From: a virus
Taxonomy: Duplodnaviria; Caudoviricetes
Strand: one strand, 5' to 3'
IMG/VR virus record: IMGVR_UViG_3300033068_001957
Location: 32,001-96,000 of that record
DNA: 64,000 nucleotides
In this document: one piece after another, positions 9,732 through 19,385 of the stretch
Position numbering within the stretch: the stretch's first letter is position 1
Layout of the letters: the number at the start of each line of letters is the position of its first letter
Translations under genes and position numbers: made by a program
The notes under the pieces: model-generated
The model's input: only the letters and a program-made list of their open reading frames with translations
Databases searched by the model: none
Told to the model about the DNA's origin: nothing

Positions 9732-11027
9732 ATGATCATCTACAAGATAACGAATATCGTAAGCGGGAAATGCTATATAGGACAAACAATTCATTCTTTC
9801 AACAAAAGATATCGCGGAGGAAAATGGTGGCAATATACTGACAACCCCATGCTAAGGAATTCTTATAATAAGCATGGCCCAGAACGTTTTGTGGTTGAAA
9901 TCCTAGAAACAAACGTTCCTTCAATAGAAGAATTAAATAGACTAGAAGCTTTTTATGCTGAAAAATATAACGCTTATAGCCCAAATGGATATAATTTAAG
10001 AGGATGCGGGGATAATAAATTTTCTTTGCCAGAGACGGTTGAAAAATCTCGCCTTGGGAGCTTAAAAACCAGATATGCACGGGATATGAATACGTGGGAG
10101 GTTGTTGAAATAAAGGATTTAGTTAGATTTTGTCAAGAAAAAAATCTTAGTTATCACTCCATGTATAGTTTAATTAAGGGAGGGAGAGATATTATAACGT
10201 GTGGGAATTACTGCTCTATCCATAAGACCAAGGAAGAAATTGACGGCAGACAGAAAATTAAATTTAAAAACGAACCAGTTCATCTCGTCGATTCAGAGGG
10301 TCAGACTCTTTACGTCGAAAACCCAAGAGATTTTGCAGAAAAAAATAATTTGGAAAAAGGATCATTTTACAAACTCCTTCATGGAGAAATGCTTTATTAC
10401 AGAGGGTATCGACTCCCAGAAAATGTTGGAAAATATCCGAAAAGCATGCGTAAAATCGTAATGTGTAAAAACTTTGGAGAGCCAGAAGAATTCGTCTCTA
10501 TCATTTCCTTTTGTAACGAAAAAAATCTTAGCAAGTCTTCTATAGCTAAGGTTCTGAAGGGAACGCTCAAAATGCATCGAGGCTGGCATCTTCCAACTCT
10601 TACCGAAGAAGAATTGTTCATGGTGAAGAAACGCTCGAAAATTACAACAGAACTCCTTGATCCAGATGGAAGATTGGTTAGAATTGATAATTTGGCATTC
10701 TTTTGCCATAAGAATAATTTTAATTATGACTCGTTCTATTGTTTAAATAAGGGCGTAAGTCGATCATGCTTCGGATGGACAAGGAAAGGAATGGATCATT
10801 TATACGATACTTACATTTCTCCCGAAGGCGTTGCTTATAAAAGTATAGACGCAGCTAGAATCGCAAAAGAATTTAATTTAAACAAAAGCTGCTTAATGAA
10901 TGCTCGAAATCCGAATTCTAGCACTAGAAGCCATTTAGGTTGGACCGTATTGAGATTCGAAATGGCATCACAAAAAACTTTTGATCCTGAAAAGCTTGGA
11001 TTTTTTTCTGAATATATTTTACCTTAA
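9732..11027 (+). CDS. free-standing GIY-YIG homing endonuclease with repeated NUMOD-like DNA-binding modules, inverted relative to the operon
   Basis: IIYKITN..CYIGQT..PNGYN; about 5 repeats of FCxExNL...GW; own GTGTAA promoter at 9709. Confidence 0.85.
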   Translation: MIIYKITNIVSGKCYIGQTIHSFNKRYRGGKWWQYTDNPMLRNSYNKHGPERFVVEILETNVPSIEELNRLEAFYAEKYNAYSPNGYNLRGCGDNKFSLPETVEKSRLGSLKTRYARDMNTWEVVEIKDLVRFCQEKNLSYHSMYSLIKGGRDIITCGNYCSIHKTKEEIDGRQKIKFKNEPVHLVDSEGQTLYVENPRDFAEKNNLEKGSFYKLLHGEMLYYRGYRLPENVGKYPKSMRKIVMCKNFGEPEEFVSIISFCNEKNLSKSSIAKVLKGTLKMHRGWHLPTLTEEELFMVKKRSKITTELLDPDGRLVRIDNLAFFCHKNNFNYDSFYCLNKGVSRSCFGWTRKGMDHLYDTYISPEGVAYKSIDAARIAKEFNLNKSCLMNARNPNSSTRSHLGWTVLRFEMASQKTFDPEKLGFFSEYILP

Positions 11028-11374
11028 TACCCAATCTTCTGTTCCATAATTTCTCCTCCAAAAAATTTAACTTGTATTTCCTGCTTTAATCGAAAACGAT
11101 TATGATTCAATACATCAATAACTGATCCTGGGATGGAATCGTCCTTCACGGCGTCTACTGCTTCAAAGCAAGACCAATTTGATTGAAACAAATCCTTATA
11201 CTCCTGAGAATTTAACACGCGGAAAAATAGTTGTCCGCCCACTTGAGACTTAATCTCTTCAAGGCAATCGAAATAATTGGAAACGTTTTTTGAGTTTGGC
11301 AATTTCTTCGCTTTAACTTGTAGGATGCTAAGGATGTCAAAGGCGCTGCCTTCTGAGGTAGATAGTTGAATCAT
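11024..11374 (-). CDS. hypothetical protein of the glycosylation island
   Basis: Probable start MIQLSTSEG overlaps the upstream stop codon. Confidence 0.65.
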   Translation of the reverse strand: MIQLSTSEGSAFDILSILQVKAKKLPNSKNVSNYFDCLEEIKSQVGGQLFFRVLNSQEYKDLFQSNWSCFEAVDAVKDDSIPGSVIDVLNHNRFRLKQEIQVKFFGGEIMEQKIGY

Positions 11375-12138
11375 AATTCTGCCCAATATTCTTGATAAGA
11401 TTGCGCACAAGATTCGTATGGATATGCGCTTAACCCATGTTTTGGCCACTCCATTTCAATGCGGGGAAAGGGCGTAAAATATTTTGGCATTAGTTCGTTG
11501 CTTAATTCTTTTGCTTCTTCCCAACGCGGCGCAAAATCGTAGAGATATTCTTTTGGCCACTCGACCATTCTTTTAACGCGCTTGTCTTTTTTAGCTAAAT
11601 AATTACTAGCAATATAGCATTCTGCTCTTGTATTCGCAGCGTAAAACCCTGGGTTCGGCCAAGAATCGTGCGGATTTGGGATATGATGCTTTGCGTTGTC
11701 GGCGGGAATATCAAAAAGATTGACTAATTCACTTGTTCTGCCCCAAAAGGAATGATCGCGAGGATGAAATGGAAACGGGCGATACAGACCTAAAACAGAA
11801 ATCTTATCTTGGTTTTCAAACATGCGCTCGTACATAAGGTTCATGCTGTCGAGAGAAATCTTTTGATCTGAGCGAAGTTTCGCCGCAAAATCTGTAACTA
11901 CTCCACACAATCCGCGATGAGAAGTAACGATTTGGGCGTTTCTATTTCCTATGCCATTATTGGATAAAGGTAGCGAGCGGTAAATACTATGCAAAACATT
12001 AATCAGTTTAACCTCTGGATCGTCTCGCCAACAAGAAATGATGATATTGTTGACCCACTTTAGTTTTGAATAGTGTCGGCAAATTTCCTGCGTGTAGGCA
12101 TCGGCTTTGCCTTGAATTACGATGTCAATTTCTTCCAT
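11371..12138 (-). CDS. WavE-like polysaccharide synthesis protein
   Basis: IDIVIQG, IIISCW, NRNAQIVTSHRGL, KLRSDQ, FHPRDHSFWG. Confidence 0.7.
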   Translation of the reverse strand: MEEIDIVIQGKADAYTQEICRHYSKLKWVNNIIISCWRDDPEVKLINVLHSIYRSLPLSNNGIGNRNAQIVTSHRGLCGVVTDFAAKLRSDQKISLDSMNLMYERMFENQDKISVLGLYRPFPFHPRDHSFWGRTSELVNLFDIPADNAKHHIPNPHDSWPNPGFYAANTRAECYIASNYLAKKDKRVKRMVEWPKEYLYDFAPRWEEAKELSNELMPKYFTPFPRIEMEWPKHGLSAYPYESCAQSYQEYWAEL

Positions 12139-12769
12139 ACAGTTTTCTATTAAAAAAGATCAAATCGGCCTCTGGACAAGAAACGGCGGAATGATCCCAT
12201 TCGTCGAATAATTCGAAACCTTTCGATAGCATATATTCTATATCAGAATCTCGGGTGTTTTGGTTCTCGTACATGAGCGTGTCGGATGTTTTTGCCACGC
12301 AGGTTTCCATTTGCACGAACAGAATACTATCCAACCACTCTTTTCCGCTCTTGATTACGTCAAGGTCATTTCCTTGTACGTCAATTTTTAAATAATGGAT
12401 AATCTCTGGCTGTAGAAAATTCAATACGTTGGTAAGAGTATCGCATTCGACTTCAATTTCGCCCGTCTTATTGATTTCTTGAGGGCGCTGAAATTTGTTG
12501 TCCAGAATCATCTCGTTGAGTGAATTACATCCAGGTTCGCTGTAGGTATTGAATTTGCGCGTCCCAACTTCCGTAGAAATAGCCTTCTGAATGAAGAAAT
12601 TGCAGGCTCCAGTATTATAATCTATTGGATCAATGCCCACGCAGTAAATGAATTTATTGAGTGACGCAATCTTTTGGGAGAAATCGTGGGACCAATCGCC
12701 TTTGTGATGGCCCAAATCTAAAATGTATAGACTATCATACTTCTCTAGGAATGGCAGAATATCACGCAT
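12125..12769 (-). CDS. FkbM family methyltransferase
   Basis: LDLGHHKG, YLKIDVQGNDLDVIKSG. Confidence 0.85.
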   Translation of the reverse strand: MRDILPFLEKYDSLYILDLGHHKGDWSHDFSQKIASLNKFIYCVGIDPIDYNTGACNFFIQKAISTEVGTRKFNTYSEPGCNSLNEMILDNKFQRPQEINKTGEIEVECDTLTNVLNFLQPEIIHYLKIDVQGNDLDVIKSGKEWLDSILFVQMETCVAKTSDTLMYENQNTRDSDIEYMLSKGFELFDEWDHSAVSCPEADLIFFNRKLYGRN

Positions 12770-13073
12770 AATACTTATCTCCTTTTGTCGCTGGAGATTT
12801 AATCACCAATAATTTTGTATCTTGCATATATTCTACGGTAGACTTCTCAAATGGTTCAAAAATAAAAATATCGCCTTCAAAATACAAATTCTTACCTATT
12901 TTTGCCGCGCCAGATAGGATAAGATTGAATTCTTCATGCTTTTCATGCCAATGACCGTCTCCTTTATCGCCTGCTTTTAGGTCCAAGATACCGATTTCTA
13001 GTTCGGTGGTTTTAATAATTGATGGTTCAAAGTTACCAATGATCCAGCCTCGGGTGAAGTCTTCTAATTTCAT
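12762..13073 (-). CDS. cupin (RmlC-like) protein
   Basis: RGWIIGNFEPS, HWHEKHEEFNLILSG. Confidence 0.75.
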   Translation of the reverse strand: MKLEDFTRGWIIGNFEPSIIKTTELEIGILDLKAGDKGDGHWHEKHEEFNLILSGAAKIGKNLYFEGDIFIFEPFEKSTVEYMQDTKLLVIKSPATKGDKYYA

Positions 13074-14227
13074 TCGGTGCTGTTCATAAGTCTTGTTTGA
13101 TGTCTTCCCCCTTGGAAGCTGCTAGACATCACTTTTTCTAAAATTGCTTCCATTTCGTTTTCGCCACAAAACTTTTCCGAGATAGCAAAGAAATTAGCGC
13201 AACTGTGTTTAACAGCAAACTCAGCCGCCCATTCATTATAACAAAGGGCAGAGCGTATCCCTTTAACCTTGTTGGCAGCAATATTAACCCCTTGGCCAGA
13301 ACGGCAGAATCCAAATCCAAAGTCTGAAACCCCTTTTAGGATTGAATCGCAGGCCGCTCTGACAAAAATTGAATAATCGCAATCGTGAGTATTATACGTA
13401 CCAAAATCAAGAACATGGAGTCCTCTTTTTTCGGCCAATGTTTTAAAAACTTCTTTTGCCGCAAATCCAGAATGATCAGAGCAGACAGCAACAACCCTCT
13501 TGTTTTCGGGGAAGGACTTAAGTATGTTTTTCTTGAAGAAATCAAATTCTTCGGGAGTGCCAAATATTCCGATGGAATCAACGTCAAGGATTGAGATTTT
13601 CTTTTTATCTTCTATTAGGTGATTATAGACTAATGCGATATGCAGTTCCGTTCCATTATAGGAAGAAATCATTCTTTTTGCGGCGCGAATAAAATCTTCG
13701 CCCCTTTTAAACCAATAAAGACCAGCCGAAGCGTGTTCGCTGATTACTTTCTTCTCTGCGACTTTGGTTACGAAGCCGTCTTGACTAACTTGTGAATAGC
13801 TATAATTGCTAGAATTACTCTTGAATGTTAAAATACACCCGTCGTCTTGGCTTTGGAATTCTGCCGCCGCAAATTTGGGCGTAAAAAATACGTCTGAGCA
13901 ATGAATGATTAATGGACAGTCTGAACGGATGAACTTTTTCGCGGCCATGCAAGTTTCTACCGCGCCTCTTGTTGATTCTGAAATAGAGATAATATTCACA
14001 TGCTCTCCAAATTTCTTTTTAAGAAAAGAATCAATAGAAAAGTCCTTAATATCTGCCTCTCTAACAATAAATACTAAATCGCAATCTGCTAAATCAATAC
14101 AATCCATCGTCCATTCAATAATGGAGCGATGATCAATACGAATTAACGGTTTTGGAAATAGCCACTTTTCTCTTGGAAAACGAGAGCCTAAACCTGCGAT
14201 GGGAACAACGACAACAGAGCGCATCAA
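13070..14227 (-). CDS. sugar nucleotidyltransferase fused to RpiB/LacAB sugar-phosphate isomerase
   Basis: N-terminal PIAGLGSRF..PKPLI, GTPEE; C-terminal SDHSGF, DFGT, CRSGQGVNIAANKVKGIR, FQGGRH. Confidence 0.88.
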   Translation of the reverse strand: MMRSVVVVPIAGLGSRFPREKWLFPKPLIRIDHRSIIEWTMDCIDLADCDLVFIVREADIKDFSIDSFLKKKFGEHVNIISISESTRGAVETCMAAKKFIRSDCPLIIHCSDVFFTPKFAAAEFQSQDDGCILTFKSNSSNYSYSQVSQDGFVTKVAEKKVISEHASAGLYWFKRGEDFIRAAKRMISSYNGTELHIALVYNHLIEDKKKISILDVDSIGIFGTPEEFDFFKKNILKSFPENKRVVAVCSDHSGFAAKEVFKTLAEKRGLHVLDFGTYNTHDCDYSIFVRAACDSILKGVSDFGFGFCRSGQGVNIAANKVKGIRSALCYNEWAAEFAVKHSCANFFAISEKFCGENEMEAILEKVMSSSFQGGRHQTRLMNSTE

Positions 14228-14913
14228 TTGTATAGTAAATAATCTCTACACCTTGCTATAGCAAAATTTGCAGCATCTTCATCTTTTGCTCCATTATATA
14301 ATTTATCGACAATAAAAGATGCCGCAAAGTGATCCCCCACTCCTAATACGCAGGTATCCTTAATTTGTTCGATAGGCTTCGATTGCCAAAGTTTTTGGCC
14401 GTTTTCCCAGATTTCCACCCTTTCGGGAGAATGAGCGATGAAAATTACATCTTCGACACCTTTAGACTGAGATTCTGGATCATGTTCATCACTAGATAGA
14501 AAAATATAATCAAAATATTTATAATGAAATCTATTCGCCCATCCTTTGCATAAGTCTGCCGATACAATTCCAACCTTTTGAGCTAAAATATCAAAATTTT
14601 CTAATTGATTTAGATAGCAGTAATGCGTCCACTCGCTAGAATGTAAAGTTGGTTTCCTCGACTTATCATTTAAACTTGCGCAGACATCTTTGGTAGCATT
14701 CTGCCTATCAATTTTGACGAACGCATGACCATATGCAGATGGTTCAATGGCAATTTTTGGCGGCGGATATCCCCAATAACCCGTGGTTACTTTTTTAAAA
14801 CTTCTTGCTACATTATAAATGCCGCCAAACTGTTGGCGCGGCTCTTTATCATCTTCAAAAATCCAATCTTCTACGGCATGACCCACCAACAATAAATCTA
14901 TTTCTGGTTGCAT
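14224..14913 (-). CDS. PfkB/ribokinase-like carbohydrate kinase
   Basis: FGGIYNVA and the C-terminal anion-hole motif VLGVGDHFAASF. Confidence 0.7.
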   Translation of the reverse strand: MQPEIDLLLVGHAVEDWIFEDDKEPRQQFGGIYNVARSFKKVTTGYWGYPPPKIAIEPSAYGHAFVKIDRQNATKDVCASLNDKSRKPTLHSSEWTHYCYLNQLENFDILAQKVGIVSADLCKGWANRFHYKYFDYIFLSSDEHDPESQSKGVEDVIFIAHSPERVEIWENGQKLWQSKPIEQIKDTCVLGVGDHFAASFIVDKLYNGAKDEDAANFAIARCRDYLLYN

Positions 14914-14914
14914 A

Positions 14915-15466
14915 TTAGAATTTTTCTTCTCTATCTAATTCGAGCATTTTTGGGAAGATTTGCCAGAAAGGAACGAATGGGATTCGTTTATTGGCCTCTA
15001 GCATATCAAAAAGATTGGCAATACACCCACCCTCCATTTGAATAGGATATTTATCATTGCAGTACTCTTTTACTGCTCGTGGTGAATTAATGGGACAAAA
15101 GGAATTCTCGCGGCCCAAGTATTTCATAATAGAAATATCAAAAAGGTCATCTCCAATATAAATTGTTTCCTCTAGAGAGACGCCAAACTTTTCTACTATT
15201 TCTGGCAAAAATTCTTCTTTGGAAATGTGCCTGTCATCACATCTGCTAATAAAATAGGGAATTTTACGCTTTTGCAAGAACCCTTCGTTCCATGGGTCAC
15301 CCGTAATAGCTACGACTGGAATACCTAGCGCCCGAAACCTCTTGATGCTAGTAAAATCCGTATCCGCGAAGGACTTGCTAATGCACTCTCCATTCTTATT
15401 ATAAGATTTCCTATTACACAGGATACCGTCTATATCCGTGACTAATAATTTTACTTGATTACTCAT
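14915..15466 (-). CDS. KdsC-like HAD phosphatase
   Basis: TDIDGIL, AITG, IYIGDDLFD. Confidence 0.85.
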   Translation of the reverse strand: MSNQVKLLVTDIDGILCNRKSYNKNGECISKSFADTDFTSIKRFRALGIPVVAITGDPWNEGFLQKRKIPYFISRCDDRHISKEEFLPEIVEKFGVSLEETIYIGDDLFDISIMKYLGRENSFCPINSPRAVKEYCNDKYPIQMEGGCIANLFDMLEANKRIPFVPFWQIFPKMLELDREEKF

Positions 15467-15945
15467 TTATAAAAGCTAATAATGTCAGAACAAACGCCCG
15501 CACAGTTTTTCAATACATCTTTCGAAATGCCGAATTTCTCAGGAAGCATACAAATACTCCCATCTAAATTTTTATCGTTATTAAAAGCAATCAAATCTGC
15601 CACCCTAGAATGAGCGATGAGCCACATATAAGAGGAAATCGCAAAATCATCTCGATCATGGTAAAAATAATTGAGCGGCGAAAGATTCGAGGCGGCGCAA
15701 AAAAGAACAGATTCTCGGTCTTTGCAATGAATTAGGAGCTTTTGGCAATTTACACTTAGAAAATGAGGATCAACATTCCCTTTGGTGCCTCCCCATTCGT
15801 GGCCGTGAAGAAATTCACCACCATGATGCAAAATATCCATCTCGACGTGATAGCCCGCGTCTAGAGCTTCTTGGATATAGTCTTGAGAGTTTTCGCGCTT
15901 GTAGTTTTTGCCCGAAATATTGCCCCTGTGAGAAATAAGAATCAT
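15463..15945 (-). CDS. glycerophosphodiester phosphodiesterase-like protein
   Basis: MILISHRGN..ENS..VEMDI..LHGH..IHCK..GVCSD. Confidence 0.75.
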   Translation of the reverse strand: MILISHRGNISGKNYKRENSQDYIQEALDAGYHVEMDILHHGGEFLHGHEWGGTKGNVDPHFLSVNCQKLLIHCKDRESVLFCAASNLSPLNYFYHDRDDFAISSYMWLIAHSRVADLIAFNNDKNLDGSICMLPEKFGISKDVLKNCAGVCSDIISFYK

Positions 15946-16214
15946 TTTTCGTATGTGTCTAAAATGTACTGGTGAAGGGCTTCGATATCTGTTTTTGCTT
16001 TTTCTAAGGATGTCCAAGAATCTTCTTCGTCTTGGAGTTCTGGGTCGTGATCGGAATACCACCAAAGCTGGTTGTTCGATAATTTTTGGCGTAATCGCCA
16101 ACTACCTAGGCATCCACCCTCCTCATCTCCATAGGGGCCAGATGCTTCCCAGATAGAATTATCGTCGTCGTCAAAGGATTCTTCCCATCGAAGGGTATGA
16201 TTAGTTGCTTTCAT
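15942..16214 (-). CDS. hypothetical protein
   Basis: Overlapping start/stop with both neighbours. Confidence 0.6.
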   Translation of the reverse strand: MKATNHTLRWEESFDDDDNSIWEASGPYGDEEGGCLGSWRLRQKLSNNQLWWYSDHDPELQDEEDSWTSLEKAKTDIEALHQYILDTYEK

Positions 16215-17122
16215 GTCAATTTGTTAACGATTTTATCTACGCAATCTATCAGATTCTTTTCTGAATGTTCGGCCCAAAACGGTTCGATGTGTTCTGCGCC
16301 GAAACTAATGATATCATCTAACGCATAATGTGTCAACAGAAACTTTTGCTCATGATTGATATGACGGTACATGGTTGAATCACTAATTGCAAACGGTTTG
16401 CGGGAAGCTAGGGCTTTATCAATTGTACTGCTAATTCCCCGCGCTTCTCCTTCAAATGGCGGATACAAAAAGATATTGGCCGTATTAGCAGAAAGAAATG
16501 CCACCAAATCTTCATCGGTTAGAAAGTCTGTCGATATTTCGATGTCAATCTTTGGTTTGCCGAGTTTCCAGAGTTGTTCTTGAATTGTTCTTTCGATATC
16601 GGCGATACTATTGCCGTGAGGATGTTGGCCGATATGCAAGCAAATTAACGCATCATCATATGATTGTGCGACTACAGTTGCGACATGCTGGAAGTTCTTA
16701 CTGTAGAAATTAAACCCACAAGACCCGATAGTCACTCGTTCGGGGTTTGGGAGCGGCAAAAACTCTCGCACAGGGCGCGGGATAGGTGTGCTGCGACTTG
16801 TGGCTGGATTGCAGCTTGTAGCGTCTAAAATGTGGGCCTGATTGGCAAATGAGGGGTAGCAATCATGTCCGCCGATAAAAGCCACGGGGATTTTTAGTGA
16901 CGCAATCAAATCATCGTCCAGCCACGGGAAAAGTTTTTCGTGCCAATTAATGATAAAGGCATCATAGTAATTAGCCGCTTCGATTAGGGTTCGAACGTCT
17001 TTGAAAACATGATAGTGATAGCTATTCTCGCGAGATTTCTTTAAAATTCCATAGGTGGACAATAGATATTGATGAACGCCGCATTTTTCTTCGGGCGGAT
17101 TGATTAGGAGGATACGGGCCAT
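16211..17122 (-). CDS. glycosyltransferase (GT-B-like)
   Basis: CGVHQY, IGSCGF..KNF, RGISSTIDKALASRKPFAIS. Confidence 0.65.
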   Translation of the reverse strand: MARILLINPPEEKCGVHQYLLSTYGILKKSRENSYHYHVFKDVRTLIEAANYYDAFIINWHEKLFPWLDDDLIASLKIPVAFIGGHDCYPSFANQAHILDATSCNPATSRSTPIPRPVREFLPLPNPERVTIGSCGFNFYSKNFQHVATVVAQSYDDALICLHIGQHPHGNSIADIERTIQEQLWKLGKPKIDIEISTDFLTDEDLVAFLSANTANIFLYPPFEGEARGISSTIDKALASRKPFAISDSTMYRHINHEQKFLLTHYALDDIISFGAEHIEPFWAEHSEKNLIDCVDKIVNKLT

Positions 17123-17123
17123 T

Positions 17124-17420
17124 TTAGTATTTAATTAAAACTTGTTGATAATACGGAGCACTTTCATACTCTTCGCTAGAGTTTGTAATGGTTAGACATT
17201 CTTGGCCACATCCGTAATAAACAGTATCAATTGACCAACTAGCTTTCCAGTTTTTTGGCAAGAGAGGTTCTATAATAGCATGAATATCTGATACGCTATA
17301 ATTTTTAGAATACCATAATGCATCGCCATCTCCGCCAGCACTTTGAACGTCTCGAATTAACCATTCGGCGAGTTTAGTTAAATGAAGTTTGTCGTCTTCA
17401 TCTATTATGCAATAGGCCAT
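17124..17420 (-). CDS. hypothetical protein
   Basis: Operon packing. Confidence 0.6.
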   Translation of the reverse strand: MAYCIIDEDDKLHLTKLAEWLIRDVQSAGGDGDALWYSKNYSVSDIHAIIEPLLPKNWKASWSIDTVYYGCGQECLTITNSSEEYESAPYYQQVLIKY

Positions 17421-18100
17421 GTGTAGTAAGTATTATTTGGGTGATTAAAATTCCACTGCCAACCTTGGAACCATTGATGATCTTGTGGCTGATAGCAGGT
17501 GACATTACAACCAAGTGCTGTCGCGAGAGTTTCATCTCCAGTATTAGCAGTATGGACGATTTTTACTCGCCGCATTAAGCAAATATAAGAACGTAAATCC
17601 AAATCTGTCAACTGGTGTTCTCCAATGTCTAAAAAGTTTGCAGACGATTGACAGACGATTGGGGTATAACCTTGTTCGACTAAGCTATTGTAAATTTGTC
17701 TAGCTAGAACGGGAACAATATTCCGAACTCTTTTCCAAAATGGAGAACATGTGGGAACAAAGATTACGGGTTTTTTCTTTCCCTTGAGATATTCATCAGC
17801 AAATTTTTCGCTATCGAGGTCGGAATACAGACATAGTGGTCGATTGTCCATTCTGTCAGCAATTTCTCCGAAGAAATTTCGCAATTTCATTGTTGCATAA
17901 TGGGCTGGTTCTCCAATATCTGGTATCTGAATGATGTCTTTTTCTTCAACAATTTCTACCTCGGCCAAACCTTGAAATAAACAGGCGAATCGCTCTTTCC
18001 CCTTGGGTAATTGGATAGTAAACTTGTTGGGGAAATATCGACAACAGGAAGATAATAAGAGGGTATCTCCAAGGCCCGAAGTTTTAGAGCCGAATTTCAT
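17405..18100 (-). CDS. GT9 (heptosyltransferase-like) glycosyltransferase
   Basis: GLGDTLLLS..ANTGDETLATALG resembles GT9 GIGD / DSGxxHLAxALG. Confidence 0.65.
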   Translation of the reverse strand: MKFGSKTSGLGDTLLLSSCCRYFPNKFTIQLPKGKERFACLFQGLAEVEIVEEKDIIQIPDIGEPAHYATMKLRNFFGEIADRMDNRPLCLYSDLDSEKFADEYLKGKKKPVIFVPTCSPFWKRVRNIVPVLARQIYNSLVEQGYTPIVCQSSANFLDIGEHQLTDLDLRSYICLMRRVKIVHTANTGDETLATALGCNVTCYQPQDHQWFQGWQWNFNHPNNTYYTWPIA

Positions 18101-18870
18101 GCTAGTTTTAGATTATGCTTTTTTGCTTGATAGCAATTAAAGGATTCCATATTTTTATGGATCACATGTGCTGGCAATCTTCCGCCTCCAGTAATAATCC
18201 AGTGTTCATTCCAGAACGCGGCCCCACGATTCAAGCGACTATCCAAAAATTTGTAACCTTCGTGGACAACATAGGGAGTATTCCCACCCTCAAGTTCACA
18301 TAATTCGGTAGTCATGGCAATAGACTCAACCATATTACTATTCTCATCAATAACTTCTGTGCCGTCTGAAATCTGAGTGTTTGCCGTGCCATCTGGATTT
18401 CGCGCCTGATTAGAAATCCCGCGATAGACTCCTTTTTTAGTAATATATTGCTTTAGGTTTATGCTTTTGTAAAATTCGTCACTGCCAAATAGATCAACCG
18501 AGGGCAGCATCATGCATTTCTGCGGCGCAAACTTAAATTGGAAAAGCAAGTTATCAACTAATGGGCGCATCCATTTCTGCATATACTCATCTCCGTCGAT
18601 CAAAAGTTGGAACTCATTGGAACAAGCCTGCATGCCAGCGTTCTTGATTTGGCCGTCCATAGGAGCTTCTTTAGGAAAAGCCGTATTGATAATCTTCCAA
18701 TTACTATATGGGGCCAAAATCTTTCGCACTTCTTCTTCTGTATTATCTGTAGAGGTATTGATTACAACTACTAATTCATCTGCGAACTCTGCGGAAAGAG
18801 AAATAGATTTTTGCCATCCACGAATATCGTTTTGGATAACATTGAAAAGAGGCGTGAAAATTGATAGCAT
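18097..18870 (-). CDS. GT2 family glycosyltransferase
   Basis: LSIFTPLFN, DELVVV..STDNT, KNAGMQAC, LIDGDE. Confidence 0.8.
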   Translation of the reverse strand: MLSIFTPLFNVIQNDIRGWQKSISLSAEFADELVVVINTSTDNTEEEVRKILAPYSNWKIINTAFPKEAPMDGQIKNAGMQACSNEFQLLIDGDEYMQKWMRPLVDNLLFQFKFAPQKCMMLPSVDLFGSDEFYKSINLKQYITKKGVYRGISNQARNPDGTANTQISDGTEVIDENSNMVESIAMTTELCELEGGNTPYVVHEGYKFLDSRLNRGAAFWNEHWIITGGGRLPAHVIHKNMESFNCYQAKKHNLKLA

Positions 18871-18871
18871 A

Positions 18872-19324
18872 CTATTCTTTCTGTCCGCAGCTACTACAAC
18901 CTTCTTCTGGCTCTCTAAACGTAAAAGTAAATTCCTTTGGCCCATTAACGATTACTAACGGGCCGTCTTTCGTCCCAAAACATGAGCCATTAACAAAATA
19001 TGCCTTAATGCTTTCGAAAGGCTCTTCAATAAATTCGTTGCGAATCCACTGATTTTTAAGAGTAGTCTCAAATGGTAATACTGGATTTACGGCAAATCCA
19101 AAAATAATCTTTACCTTTTCGCCTAATTCAATATCTTGAATAATGCCCATCCCGCGATGGAATGGGTGCCACTTTGGCGTTGAAAACGACGATGTTTGAA
19201 TGAAGGGTTTGCCTTCGGATTCTACCTTAACTGGTCCGATGAGTTCTTTAAACTTTTCGGGCGAAGAAAAAAGTTCTGAGTGTTCGATTTGCTTATATGA
19301 GTCTGTAGTATTAGTATCGTTCAT
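18872..19324 (-). CDS. hypothetical protein
   Basis: Preceded by the CGTTAGTAT motif. Confidence 0.65.
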   Translation of the reverse strand: MNDTNTTDSYKQIEHSELFSSPEKFKELIGPVKVESEGKPFIQTSSFSTPKWHPFHRGMGIIQDIELGEKVKIIFGFAVNPVLPFETTLKNQWIRNEFIEEPFESIKAYFVNGSCFGTKDGPLVIVNGPKEFTFTFREPEEGCSSCGQKE

Positions 19325-19385
19325 GACGTTATACTAACGCCCTAACACTTACTTGTCTAGCAAGATTTCTTTGCTTTTGCGGGTT

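Noticed and set aside
19325-19385. Displaced gene tail after the LAGLIDADG endonuclease (also checked at 9.7, 29.4, 30.6 and 37.6 kb)
   Set aside because: No recognisable similarity to the upstream genes' C-termini
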